Positions 26,159-34,520 of a stretch of 64,000 nucleotides of DNA are shown here, in pieces. Position 1 is the first letter of the stretch. Each line of letters begins with the position of its first letter. The DNA lies in IMG/VR virus record IMGVR_UViG_3300046652_000008, positions 1-64,000 of that record. The stretch is one strand, 5' to 3'. A program made the position numbers and the translations under genes. The stretch is from a virus. Below the pieces are notes generated by a model that saw only the letters and a list, made by a program, of their open reading frames with translations, did not search any database and was not told where the DNA came from.

Positions 26159-26605
26159 TTACGCCTTCATGAACGCCTTAATTGCAAAAATAGCATCAAC
26201 AACGTCCTGGGTCAGCGGAACCACCGTATTTGACGGAGTAGATAAAGCGCAGAACGCAGGATTCGTCATGATATCAGTACAAAGCTCTAACCCTGCCGCC
26301 GTAACCTTATCTTTACTGAGGGGAACGGGAGCTGCCGGAATAACCGTCTTTCCAGGTGTTGGCGTTCCGCCTAAAACATTGGCCGTGAGTGCTTCCTGGA
26401 CACTGACAGTGTGGGTACTCCACGCTGGATATCCATCTAACCCACGAACAACGCAGTCATAGGTAAAACTAGGACCAGTGATATCCCCATACCCAATAAC
26501 CCAATTCTTTACGGGCATATCGTAGTTGAATTGTCCTGAAGCCGATACAGTTGGGAACTTATAAAAGTTCGACAACGGAACTGGAGAAATTACGGAATTT
26601 TTCAT
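26159..26605 (-). CDS. Hypothetical protein within the tRNA cluster
   Basis: GAAGGA RBS before MKNSV. Confidence 0.65.
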   Translation of the reverse strand: MKNSVISPVPLSNFYKFPTVSASGQFNYDMPVKNWVIGYGDITGPSFTYDCVVRGLDGYPAWSTHTVSVQEALTANVLGGTPTPGKTVIPAAPVPLSKDKVTAAGLELCTDIMTNPAFCALSTPSNTVVPLTQDVVDAIFAIKAFMKA

Positions 26606-26640
26606 CTTGTTTCCTTCAATCAACCAACATAAATCGTTAT

Positions 26641-26707
26641 TTGGGCGTGTTGAGATCGTCAACGTTTCACGGGTTCACCCGTGCGTCCTTTACTAGACGA
26701 ACGCCCC
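26641..26707 (-). ncRNA. tRNA-like cloverleaf lacking an anticodon loop and CCA (mimic or pseudogene)
   Basis: GGGCGT/ACGCCC acceptor, GTC/GAC D-arm, CACGGG-TGAA-CCCGTG, GTTGA-CGATC-TCAAC. Confidence 0.6.
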
Positions 26708-26785
26708 ATCCAGATGGCGGGATTTGAACCCGCGACCTACTCCCCTATTGGGGAGCTGCTCTACCAGACTGAGCTACGTCCAGAT
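26708..26785 (-). ncRNA. tRNA-like cloverleaf lacking a functional anticodon and CCA (mimic or pseudogene)
   Basis: Canonical TAGCTCAGTCTGGTAGAGC D-arm and GCGGG-TTCAAAT-CCCGC T-arm, but anticodon arm GCTCCCC-AATA-GGGGAGT. Confidence 0.7.
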
Positions 26786-26793
26786 GTTTATCA

Positions 26794-26872
26794 TGGCTCT
26801 CGGCCCAGGATTCGGACCTGGAACCAACACTTTAACAGAGTGCCGCTCTACCTGAATTTGAGCTAGCCGAGA
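26794..26872 (-). tRNA. trnN: tRNA-Asn(GUU)
   Basis: Acceptor TCTCGGC/GCCGAGA, arm GCACT-CTGTTAA-AGTGT, G73 and CCA; T-loop TCCGAAT. Confidence 0.9.
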
Positions 26873-26884
26873 ACAAGCCCCACT

Positions 26885-26977
26885 TCAACTCTTCGGTTTA
26901 TCTTCCTTGTTAACAGGAGGTTTCTCTCCCCATCCTGGCATTGGTTGCCCATCAACAGTTTTATTAACACAAGACAT
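26885..26977 (-). CDS. 30-aa leader ORF ahead of the tRNA cluster
   Basis: AAAGGA RBS; MSCVNKTVDGQPMPGWGEKPPVNKEDKPKS. Confidence 0.4.
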   Translation of the reverse strand: MSCVNKTVDGQPMPGWGEKPPVNKEDKPKS

Positions 26978-26996
26978 ATCGTTGTTTCCTTTATCA

Positions 26997-27006
26997 ATTA
27001 TAGCAC
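26997..27006 (-). promoter_or_regulatory. Extended -10 promoter driving the tRNA cluster
   Basis: GTGC-TATAAT; one of about a dozen intergenic RTGY-TAnnnT motifs. Confidence 0.65.
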
Positions 27007-27018
27007 AGTACCAAGAAA

Positions 27019-27366
27019 CTAGTCTCTATCCGGATGTTCCTTGCGCTCGATCAGCCTGTTTTGGTCGGGCGTGAAGAATCCTAATCCGCCCTGTTTCTTG
27101 TCTGTTCGCACAATCCAGGCCGTCTCTTCCATTTCGCCAAGAGTCGGCATGGCTCGATTCTGATATTGATTGCACTCCGCAACCTCAAACGGAAATACCC
27201 TCATGCCATCCTGCATAATGGAATAATTGCTACACCCACGGATAACTTGATTACCCACGCCGCGAATCTTAACTCCGAACCTACAGGTGCGACAGGGGCT
27301 CTCCCCAGATACGGTTGTGCCATCCTCAACTTTAAGAACTACTCGATTATATGCAAATTCGTCCAT
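27019..27366 (-). CDS. Cys-containing hypothetical protein
   Basis: CRTC...C...C; AGGAG RBS. Confidence 0.65.
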   Translation of the reverse strand: MDEFAYNRVVLKVEDGTTVSGESPCRTCRFGVKIRGVGNQVIRGCSNYSIMQDGMRVFPFEVAECNQYQNRAMPTLGEMEETAWIVRTDKKQGGLGFFTPDQNRLIERKEHPDRD

Positions 27367-27385
27367 GGTAGAACTCCTTAAAGGC

Positions 27386-27739
27386 TTAATCGTAGACTTC
27401 TAGGTACGAAACTGTCTTCCAGATCGTCTTGTCATATGCAACCGGGAATGGATCATACTCCACCCCATTTGAGTATACCATCCAATGGCCCTTTTTTCCG
27501 TTAATTACCTTGGACCTTATGATGCATAGCTTTGGAAACTGCTTATTTTTCCTAACCCTCTCCAACTTACCGCTATTCTTGAAACCACACATATTCAAAG
27601 CTCGGGCCAGCTCATCCACGTTGGTGCAGTGGTTATGTCCAACTATCAGACATGCGGATTCTAGGCTGATATCCAATATCATTGCTAGGCAGGTCTGGCC
27701 GCAGGTATAGGACTCAATTGGTTGGTGCAGTTGCTTCAT
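27386..27739 (-). CDS. Peptidase C39-like (papain-fold) protein
   Basis: Q....TCGQTCLAM, GHWMV, YDP. Confidence 0.75.
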   Translation of the reverse strand: MKQLHQPIESYTCGQTCLAMILDISLESACLIVGHNHCTNVDELARALNMCGFKNSGKLERVRKNKQFPKLCIIRSKVINGKKGHWMVYSNGVEYDPFPVAYDKTIWKTVSYLEVYD

Positions 27740-27804
27740 CGTGCCCAGTATTTCCCTAGAATCTGAGTAAGCTGTTTTACGATTTCTTCGATGGTCATAC
27801 TATT

Positions 27805-28167
27805 TTACTCACCCTTGTCGGAGAATCGGACACCATAATCATTAAAGACTTCGGAAAGTCCACACGTACAGTCGCGCAAGGGCCAGTTGCAGCCTTTTTC
27901 GTGCTGGCCGTACCTTCTAATCATACCGCAAAGACGGTCAAAACGGGCCTTAACGTACAAATTTAGGCCGGGAACGACCTCCGGGGAGTAGTTTGTGCCA
28001 GCGCAGTAGAGCATAACGTCAAATTTCTCGCGTTTGTCGTCGTTTTCTACCTCTTTTAGCCTATTTTTTGCACTTGCAAGTTTCAGATTTAGGTCTTTGT
28101 TGATTTCTTCGTACTTTATAAGCTCCTTGGCTACGTCTTGGCCCTGAATTGTCGTTTGTTTCGCCAC
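27805..28167 (-). CDS. Hypothetical protein
   Basis: GTG start with AGGAG RBS; H..GC......CTCG. Confidence 0.6.
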   Translation of the reverse strand: MAKQTTIQGQDVAKELIKYEEINKDLNLKLASAKNRLKEVENDDKREKFDVMLYCAGTNYSPEVVPGLNLYVKARFDRLCGMIRRYGQHEKGCNWPLRDCTCGLSEVFNDYGVRFSDKGE

Positions 28168-28178
28168 TTCTCACGCTC

Positions 28179-28997
28179 CTAATACGATGTTCCGCGCTCT
28201 CCACGCTTCCAGTATCCCTTATCGTCGTCCCATGAATTATCCATCGTTATGTTGGTTGTTTGCGGTAGGTAAAATTCAGCCATCTTTGCAATTAGCTGTG
28301 CCTTATCATCCCGTAGCCGCTGTTTTTCGGCTTCTATCTTAGCCTTAGCCTTTTCAATTTCTTCCTCCTGGCTTTCCCACGGCAGCCGTGGAGCGTCAAT
28401 CAATAATGGCACCTTCTCTATGAAGTCCAGTCCAGCCTTGTAGTCTAATTTTATCGACTCCGGCTCCTTCTCTTTTCGCTCCGGATAGAATTGAAAACCG
28501 TCTACTCTCAGAAATGTTTCAGGAGGAAACTGTTTAATTTTCCAGAATCCAGTCTTAATATTGCTTGCCTTCATCAGATCGTGCATACAGCCCAAGCAGA
28601 TGCGTATATGTTCCTCCTTGCGTTCCACTATTAAGCAGATATAAACGTAACGGTCATTGGGTACGTGCGTATGCGGCAATGTGAACGCGCCCCAGTAGCA
28701 TTCTTTCCCATCTTGCCCGTAATCGTGGGCCTTCATGCACGATTGGTCACGAGATGTGATTTCAAGCCCACAGTCCAAGAATGGATTATATGCAGCGTAG
28801 TCTTCATAGGTATATCCCCTGTACGTGCCTTTTGGGTCTGGTTCGTTTGGAATGGCCTTTAGATCACACTTTGCGGAGAACATAACTCCGTATGCGCGGC
28901 AACGCTTGCAGGGCCGAAGCCCCTGGATGTTATTCTTCGCCGGGAAATAGCATTCCTTGCAGATCCACATTTTCTTGTTCATCGTCTTTGTCTCCAT
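28179..28997 (-). CDS. Cys-rich hypothetical protein
   Basis: 272 aa with several CxxC pairs. Confidence 0.65.
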   Translation of the reverse strand: METKTMNKKMWICKECYFPAKNNIQGLRPCKRCRAYGVMFSAKCDLKAIPNEPDPKGTYRGYTYEDYAAYNPFLDCGLEITSRDQSCMKAHDYGQDGKECYWGAFTLPHTHVPNDRYVYICLIVERKEEHIRICLGCMHDLMKASNIKTGFWKIKQFPPETFLRVDGFQFYPERKEKEPESIKLDYKAGLDFIEKVPLLIDAPRLPWESQEEEIEKAKAKIEAEKQRLRDDKAQLIAKMAEFYLPQTTNITMDNSWDDDKGYWKRGERGTSY

Positions 28998-29280
28998 ATC
29001 GTTCCTGTACCAGCTTCTTCAGTATACTCCCATGACAAAATTTTGGAGCACAGAAACAACCAAGATCATGGCCGCGAAGTAGCCCCAGGCTTTTCATGAT
29101 TACCGCATTGCCACGCGCGTATGGTTCGTATTTTGCAATCGCCTCTTCTCGCGTTGAGCACTGGAGCTTTGCTTTCGTCTTATCTAATGGAAGGTGGGTA
29201 TATGGATTCCCCCACATTGAGCCGCGCCCTATGTATATGTAACTTCCCGGCTTAGCCTTGCGGACGTTGACTACCCGCAT
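28930..29280 (-). CDS. DUF4326 family protein
   Basis: VVN...YIGRGSMWGNPY...LGCFCAP..CHG. Confidence 0.85.
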   Translation of the reverse strand: MRVVNVRKAKPGSYIYIGRGSMWGNPYTHLPLDKTKAKLQCSTREEAIAKYEPYARGNAVIMKSLGLLRGHDLGCFCAPKFCHGSILKKLVQERYGDKDDEQENVDLQGMLFPGEE

Positions 29281-29507
29281 CTCGTAACGATGCTCATGCT
29301 GCGGCCCTTGACGGCATCTAGTAGGTGATCGTCGCAGCGGGTATACGTAACAGCATCAACATGCTGAAGCCCCAACTCGGTCACGATCCATCGCACTTCC
29401 TTCAGGCAGGGAATGGTCAGTGGCTTGTCGCCATCTCCACGCTCAGAGCATCCGCATTCTGAGCTCTTGGTTACTAGGATTGTAACATAATCACATCTGA
29501 TCTTCAT
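29271..29507 (-). CDS. Hypothetical protein
   Basis: GGAGG RBS. Confidence 0.55.
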   Translation of the reverse strand: MKIRCDYVTILVTKSSECGCSERGDGDKPLTIPCLKEVRWIVTELGLQHVDAVTYTRCDDHLLDAVKGRSMSIVTRCG

Positions 29508-29525
29508 GGAAAACCTCCATAATCA

Positions 29526-29900
29526 TTATTGTATCACGACCCATTCGCCAAGTTCGTTAAGCACTTCTACCTTGATGTCTTCTGGTTTTAGCGATCCATC
29601 AACACGTCGTTTCATATCTTCTATGGATTCCTGCTCTACGTTTCCAAGGCGTCTCGACGTTTCAGCCTTTAGCCAGTGTGCCATCTCGGGTGAATTAGCC
29701 ATGTGCTCAAACGCAGCCTTCTTATTCTGAGATTGCATCCGCTCTTCTCGCCCTTCGCCTACAGCACCAGAGGGACGGTGACGATACCGACAACCAACGC
29801 TTGTGGAATTGAGCCGACCACCGCCACAACCGCCCACACGGAACGTCTCAAATTCAAAATCGCTTTTGGTTAGACTTAGAATTAGTTTCTTTTCGCTCAT
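29526..29900 (-). CDS. Peptide chain release factor (RF-1 domain)-like protein with GGQ replaced by GGG
   Basis: DFEFETFRVGGCGGGRLNSTSVGCRYRHRPSG...REERMQSQNKKAA matches the RF GGQ-domain pattern. Confidence 0.8.
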   Translation of the reverse strand: MSEKKLILSLTKSDFEFETFRVGGCGGGRLNSTSVGCRYRHRPSGAVGEGREERMQSQNKKAAFEHMANSPEMAHWLKAETSRRLGNVEQESIEDMKRRVDGSLKPEDIKVEVLNELGEWVVIQ

Positions 29901-30310
29901 GGAGTAATGATAGCATGTCCGTGAATGCCGAGTAGCTGCATCGCACAAACCGACAGGTGGGACGTAATCTCGGATCGTCGCTCGTCGTTAGCTTTACCCT
30001 TTAGTATAAGTTCTAGATGATGCGTGGCTGCGTGAGAGACCTCATGAATAATATCCTCCGCTAGCGTAGCAGAGTTTGCGCATACAGCTATAGTCTGGAA
30101 ACACTTCCAGCCACCCTCGAAGGTATCCCCCATGGGAAATCGGTAGCACGCAGCAACGGCAAGGCTGGACACATGCCAATCCCCATCTTCCATCGTGTTC
30201 TCCCAGGCGTCCCAATCTGAATGTGTATCAAAGACCAGCAGCTTAACGAAATACTTACTACGCGGAGACATGCGTAGGCGAAACTCACGAACCTTGAACT
30301 TCTTTTTCAC
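29897..30310 (-). CDS. HExxH zinc-metalloprotease-like protein
   Basis: IIHEVSHAA followed by a downstream DE. Confidence 0.55.
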   Translation of the reverse strand: MKKKFKVREFRLRMSPRSKYFVKLLVFDTHSDWDAWENTMEDGDWHVSSLAVAACYRFPMGDTFEGGWKCFQTIAVCANSATLAEDIIHEVSHAATHHLELILKGKANDERRSEITSHLSVCAMQLLGIHGHAIITP

Positions 30311-30593
30311 CCATTTCTCCCTCTAGAATGGCTATTTTTTCGTCTAGATAGAACTTGGCTTTCTTCAAGTCTTGAAGTTCTGTATTTCCAGACTTGAATC
30401 CGCAGCGCCCTACATACTTCATTACATTACCAAGCCAAAAGTCAAGATTCCACGCCTTGATTACGTCTATTGGCTGTGGGGATCTTCGCGTATAGTGTTC
30501 AGGCTGGTAGATGGGGTCGGGCTTTGGCTGTCTTATGACACACCGAGCTAGTTCTTCATCTTGCTCTCTTAGGCTTCCGTCAAAATCTTCCAT
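30285..30593 (-). CDS. DUF3310 family protein
   Basis: PEHY...IDVI...FWLGNVMKY..R...K...DLKKAKFYL. Confidence 0.85.
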   Translation of the reverse strand: MEDFDGSLREQDEELARCVIRQPKPDPIYQPEHYTRRSPQPIDVIKAWNLDFWLGNVMKYVGRCGFKSGNTELQDLKKAKFYLDEKIAILEGEMGEKEVQGS

Positions 30594-30595
30594 AG

Positions 30596-31597
30596 TTATG
30601 CTCCCTCCATGCTTATTAGTTTCTCGGACACAACTACAATCTCGCCACGCTCAACCCCTATAGTAACAGAGGCTTTGGCCTTTTTGTTGAATACTAGGTC
30701 TGCTACTGGGGCCAGTATGTTGGTTTGGATACACCGTTTCAGATCCCTAACTCCGTATTCTTTACTATAGCCGCGTTCCAGGATTAGCTTACGAGCCGCC
30801 TTGGTTAGCGTCATCTTAGGAGACGCAACGCCAAGTCGCTTGTCTAGATGTGTTTGCAACTCCTCAAGCTGCATATCTAGGATTCGTTCAGTGTCTTTGA
30901 GGGATAGCGTCTTATACGTCACTACTCCGTCGATACGGCCCATAAACTCAGGAGAGAACCGCTTGCGAGCAGCGGACATCCCCGCTTTCTCTTTTCTTAT
31001 GGTATGGTCTGCGTCGGTTGGTAATCCAAGATGTCGATTGGTTGCCAGCCTATTCATCTCCGCAGATCCCAGATTAGAAGTCATAAAGATTAAGCTATTC
31101 TCGAAATTAACAACAGTATTATCGCCGAGTTTTAATTGTCCACGGTCTAACAGTCCAAGAAGTATCCTATCGAACGACGGAGCAGCCTTTTCTATCTCAT
31201 CAAACAGGATGATGGATAGTGGGGATGCTTCGGAAGTCACAGAAGTAACTCTAGCCATCGACAGTACCGCGTGGGTTTCCCTGTGGCCCAGGTAACCGGG
31301 TGGCGCTCCAATGAGCTTTGCAACTTCGTGGTCTAGCTGGTATTCTCCGCAATCTATGCGGAGAACGTTCTTATCTGAGCCGTGGACAATTTTAGCTAAG
31401 TTATGTACTGTCTGCGTCTTACCTACACCAGAAGGCCCAAGTAATAGAAAAACGCCAGCGGGACGGCCCTCTGGCGATAAACCGGACATTGATATTTTCA
31501 AGTAAGGAGCTAACTCATCCAGCGCCGCGTCTTGTCCAATAATTAGACTTTTGAGTTCTGCTACTACATCCTTGTTTGCAAGTTCAGTCTGTGGCAA
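30596..31597 (-). CDS. Stand-alone ClpB/ClpC NBD2-type AAA+ ATPase
   Basis: IIGQD, GPSGVGKT, GAPPGYLG pore loop, ILFDEIEKA, MTSNLG, FSPEFMGRID, YGVRDLKR. Confidence 0.9.
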   Translation of the reverse strand: MPQTELANKDVVAELKSLIIGQDAALDELAPYLKISMSGLSPEGRPAGVFLLLGPSGVGKTQTVHNLAKIVHGSDKNVLRIDCGEYQLDHEVAKLIGAPPGYLGHRETHAVLSMARVTSVTSEASPLSIILFDEIEKAAPSFDRILLGLLDRGQLKLGDNTVVNFENSLIFMTSNLGSAEMNRLATNRHLGLPTDADHTIRKEKAGMSAARKRFSPEFMGRIDGVVTYKTLSLKDTERILDMQLEELQTHLDKRLGVASPKMTLTKAARKLILERGYSKEYGVRDLKRCIQTNILAPVADLVFNKKAKASVTIGVERGEIVVVSEKLISMEGA

Positions 31598-31636
31598 TGG
31601 CGTACTCCTAACTTAATGGTAGCACGCCACGCTGAC

Positions 31637-32023
31637 TTAGATGGTTAATTCTCCGGCTGCGCCCCATGGACCTTGATCTTCTACGGGTAGGGGAAAGACA
31701 GACAGTGCTAGCGCCTCTGCCGCCGCTGCGACGACATAAACGTTCCTGTCGTTCAAGACCTTTCCGCTGCTCGCGGCCTGTAGTCCGAGAGACCTTACTA
31801 GATCACTCTGTAGCTCTTGGCGTTCGTAGAGCCATCGGTCTGGATTTACTACCGCCTCATTGGCCAAAAGAGATCCATTCTCTGCCTTCTGATCTTCTAG
31901 GTCCTGTTGCATGGCTTCTACTAGATCAGCCAATTCGTCATTCATTTCTTTTAGTTCTTCTATATGACTCTCCGTTTCTGGATCTAGCTTATCAGCCAAC
32001 CAAATTCTAAATGTGTCAAACAT
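31637..32023 (-). CDS. Coiled-coil hypothetical protein
   Basis: AAGGAG RBS. Confidence 0.65.
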   Translation of the reverse strand: MFDTFRIWLADKLDPETESHIEELKEMNDELADLVEAMQQDLEDQKAENGSLLANEAVVNPDRWLYERQELQSDLVRSLGLQAASSGKVLNDRNVYVVAAAAEALALSVFPLPVEDQGPWGAAGELTI

Positions 32024-32035
32024 GTTATTACTCCT

Positions 32036-32251
32036 TTACTTCTTTACTATCTTGTCTCGCGCTTCCCAGTAGGCGAAGCTTTCTTCTTTGTCGCTTTCTG
32101 ATACTAAGTGCGGCTCAGACGTGTAATGCTCACACCATTCCGAATGCTGTCCGCTTTTGAAAATGCACTTAAAACAGCACTTCTCTGGGCTAGGCTTAAA
32201 CCTTCCAGTCCTAATAGGGTGTGTTGTTTGCTTCGGCTTCTCCACTTGCAA
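32036..32251 (-). CDS. Small Cys/His protein
   Basis: CCFKC...H..WC. Confidence 0.5.
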   Translation of the reverse strand: MQVEKPKQTTHPIRTGRFKPSPEKCCFKCIFKSGQHSEWCEHYTSEPHLVSESDKEESFAYWEARDKIVKK

Positions 32252-32561
32252 CCTCCACCTTCTTTAGCTCTTTTTCTGCAAACCAAATTGGGCCATCAGG
32301 ATAGAACGAGAACTCAACAGCATAGAGTGTTCGCCCTTCTTCGCCAGTGGTTGTCGAAACCACCTTCCCCATCTTACCAGAAAACATCGACCAAGGTGTG
32401 TTTACTTTCGCGTTGTTGCCTACCGTAAACGCATCTTCCCGTGTCACGTCCCACGTCTCGCCAGCAGATGTAACAACTACGAATGAGCTTTCGTCGGATT
32501 GGATGGTAGCGGCAGATGGGTTATTTTTTACGCTTGGCTTTGGGTTTCTCTGCTTTGCCAT
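32211..32561 (-). CDS. KOW/SH3-like protein
   Basis: FTVGNNAKV...FSGKMGKVV...IWFAEKEL. Confidence 0.55.
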   Translation of the reverse strand: MAKQRNPKPSVKNNPSAATIQSDESSFVVVTSAGETWDVTREDAFTVGNNAKVNTPWSMFSGKMGKVVSTTTGEEGRTLYAVEFSFYPDGPIWFAEKELKKVEVASGEAEANNTPY

Positions 32562-32871
32562 CGGCTTTCCTCTTTCCTATGTGTAACTTTCCGGGCGCGT
32601 CTCTAACGATTATTGGATCTTCGGCTAGTGCTAATTCCAGTTGACCGCGCAATAGTTCATTTTCCGCAAGTGCTTCCAGCCTCTGGGCGTCTAGCTTACG
32701 CGCCAGCGCTTCCCACACATCCAGCTTCTGCCAGAAGTCTTTCTGGTTATGGTCGTATGTCTCGCGCCATAGCTGGATTGTGTTCCGAAGGCGTGAGTTT
32801 TCCCGAATGCTTAGGCATAGTGGAACCAGCAGCATCAGTACCATTGCAAGAAACGCAATTATAGTAATCAT
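32521..32871 (-). CDS. Membrane-anchored coiled-coil protein
   Basis: N-terminal TM. Confidence 0.6.
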   Translation of the reverse strand: MITIIAFLAMVLMLLVPLCLSIRENSRLRNTIQLWRETYDHNQKDFWQKLDVWEALARKLDAQRLEALAENELLRGQLELALAEDPIIVRDAPGKLHIGKRKADGKAEKPKAKRKK

Positions 32872-33101
32872 TCGTGATACCCTAAATCCTTTACTTCTTC
32901 CGTAACGTCGTACTCGTCTATGATTCTGAAGACGTTAGCGTTGAATTCGTCAATAGCCAACCCATTATTTAGCTCCGGGTATGTATCTTCAACCGCCTTC
33001 GCGTGCAGAAGCGTATTCATCTTTTCCTGAATATCATGCACGGTATCCAGAATTTCTCGCATGTCTTTGTATTCGTTATAGTTCATTGGTTCACCACCCA
33101 C
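32868..33101 (-). CDS. Hypothetical protein
   Basis: ORF downstream of an extended -10 motif. Confidence 0.55.
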   Translation of the reverse strand: MGGEPMNYNEYKDMREILDTVHDIQEKMNTLLHAKAVEDTYPELNNGLAIDEFNANVFRIIDEYDVTEEVKDLGYHE

Positions 33102-33117
33102 CTTCCATCATAACACG

Positions 33118-33375
33118 TTAGTCCCGCCCGTTGTCTAGTTCCGGTTCTGGGAAGTGATCGTGCACTTGGCATATGCTCATTTGTGGATCATCGTCCGTTT
33201 CGTCTACTGCCCACTTAGCCGGGAACCAAAACTCGCAGAATGGGCACTTAATAATTTGATCTACGATGTCCTCTTCGCACATGCCCTGAATGCAGCATAG
33301 ATCGGAGCCGAAACAGAGCGATTTATCCTTGTTGTCCATACCGAGTGCTCCTAGTATGCTGACGGAACGTACCAC
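33118..33375 (-). CDS. Cys-containing hypothetical protein
   Basis: CPFC, C..H. Confidence 0.5.
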   Translation of the reverse strand: MVRSVSILGALGMDNKDKSLCFGSDLCCIQGMCEEDIVDQIIKCPFCEFWFPAKWAVDETDDDPQMSICQVHDHFPEPELDNGRD

Positions 33376-33596
33376 TTAAACCACTTGCAGTGGTTGTCTG
33401 CGTTTATTGCCGAAGGATTTTCCCTCACGTTAGTCTGCACCTTCGTTTCTGGATGAATTGGAGAGGCTGGAATTATCGTATAGATAATATTATCCGGGTA
33501 ATTGCAACGATACTCGCGCTTCCCATTCAGCAGCAAAGTACTTTCACAATAATCACAGTTTATGCAATAGACCTTTTTAGGCTTAAACCACTTCAT
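33351..33596 (-). CDS. Cys-containing hypothetical protein
   Basis: VYCINCDYC...C...NADNHCKWF; GGAG RBS. Confidence 0.6.
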   Translation of the reverse strand: MKWFKPKKVYCINCDYCESTLLLNGKREYRCNYPDNIIYTIIPASPIHPETKVQTNVRENPSAINADNHCKWFKWYVPSAY

Positions 33597-33598
33597 AG

Positions 33599-33901
33599 TT
33601 AGTCTCCCGCGTCCAGCGTACCGCATTTCTCCGAATATCTAAGGTATTTCTCTATCTTCTCGCGCTTTCCCTTAAAGGATAAGGGCCGAATACCGTACAG
33701 CCCAGTCAGAGAACCCTCTTCAATGAGCATCTGGGTGACGGTCAATAGGTCTTCCATCTCCTGGATGATGCGTTGAGCATTGGTGCTTTTGTGCAGTGGC
33801 TGCGTTTCGTCTAGCCCAAAGCGTAAAGCCTTGCTTGCCCGGTGGGCTACCTCGGCGCATTCTTCGGCCATAATTGTAAAAAGGTGCTCTGTCCTATTCA
33901 T
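33599..33901 (-). CDS. MazG-like nucleotide pyrophosphohydrolase
   Basis: AEECAEV...SKALRFG...QEMEDL (ExxE...ExxD). Confidence 0.75.
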   Translation of the reverse strand: MNRTEHLFTIMAEECAEVAHRASKALRFGLDETQPLHKSTNAQRIIQEMEDLLTVTQMLIEEGSLTGLYGIRPLSFKGKREKIEKYLRYSEKCGTLDAGD

Positions 33902-34218
33902 ACTGGTTTCTCCTTTTGCTGTATCGTGAACTTTAAGGTAGATAGATCGTATCCGCGTAACTCAAGCTCTCGTAAATATCCAGAAAAGTGAGACTCGTGG
34001 ACGTGGCCGTAGATCATCTCGGACAGCTTGGGGGGATCGTCTTTAACCACGTGGCCGTATCCAGAGAACATCATATTTAGGAGTGAACCATCGCACTTGC
34101 TGGCCCCACCACCACCCCAGTTATAACAAATATCTGGGCTATCGCCATCAACGCGGCCCCAGTAAACTATCAACTGTCCAGGTTTTACTTTCGGCTTACG
34201 GAAACGCTTTGTTTTCAT
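33898..34218 (-). CDS. Hypothetical phage protein
   Basis: ELELRGYDLSTLKFTI; near-leaderless start after an extended -10. Confidence 0.65.
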   Translation of the reverse strand: MKTKRFRKPKVKPGQLIVYWGRVDGDSPDICYNWGGGGASKCDGSLLNMMFSGYGHVVKDDPPKLSEMIYGHVHESHFSGYLRELELRGYDLSTLKFTIQQKEKPV

Positions 34219-34235
34219 AAGCCTATAGTAGCACG

Positions 34236-34520
34236 TTACGCGAGTTTGTATAGTTCGATTTGGCGAGTCATTGCGTGCCATGCTGAAGCGGGTTGAGGAT
34301 CAGGCCCAGGCCATGCATTAGTCGTTCGGCAGTGATAGGTCTTCAACTCTTCTTCACTTGGGTTGTTGCACAGGTCGGGATCTTCCGCCTTCTCGATGCC
34401 ATAGGGCCAGCAGGAGGAATGATAATATTTAATTACGTGCTTGCGGCGTAGTAGATTACGTCGTAAGCCATGATTGACGGCTTCGCGGTCCAGCCATCGC
34501 TTCATGCCATCGGAAATCAT
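34236..34520 (-). CDS. Hypothetical protein
   Basis: ATGA overlap. Confidence 0.5.
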   Translation of the reverse strand: MISDGMKRWLDREAVNHGLRRNLLRRKHVIKYYHSSCWPYGIEKAEDPDLCNNPSEEELKTYHCRTTNAWPGPDPQPASAWHAMTRQIELYKLA

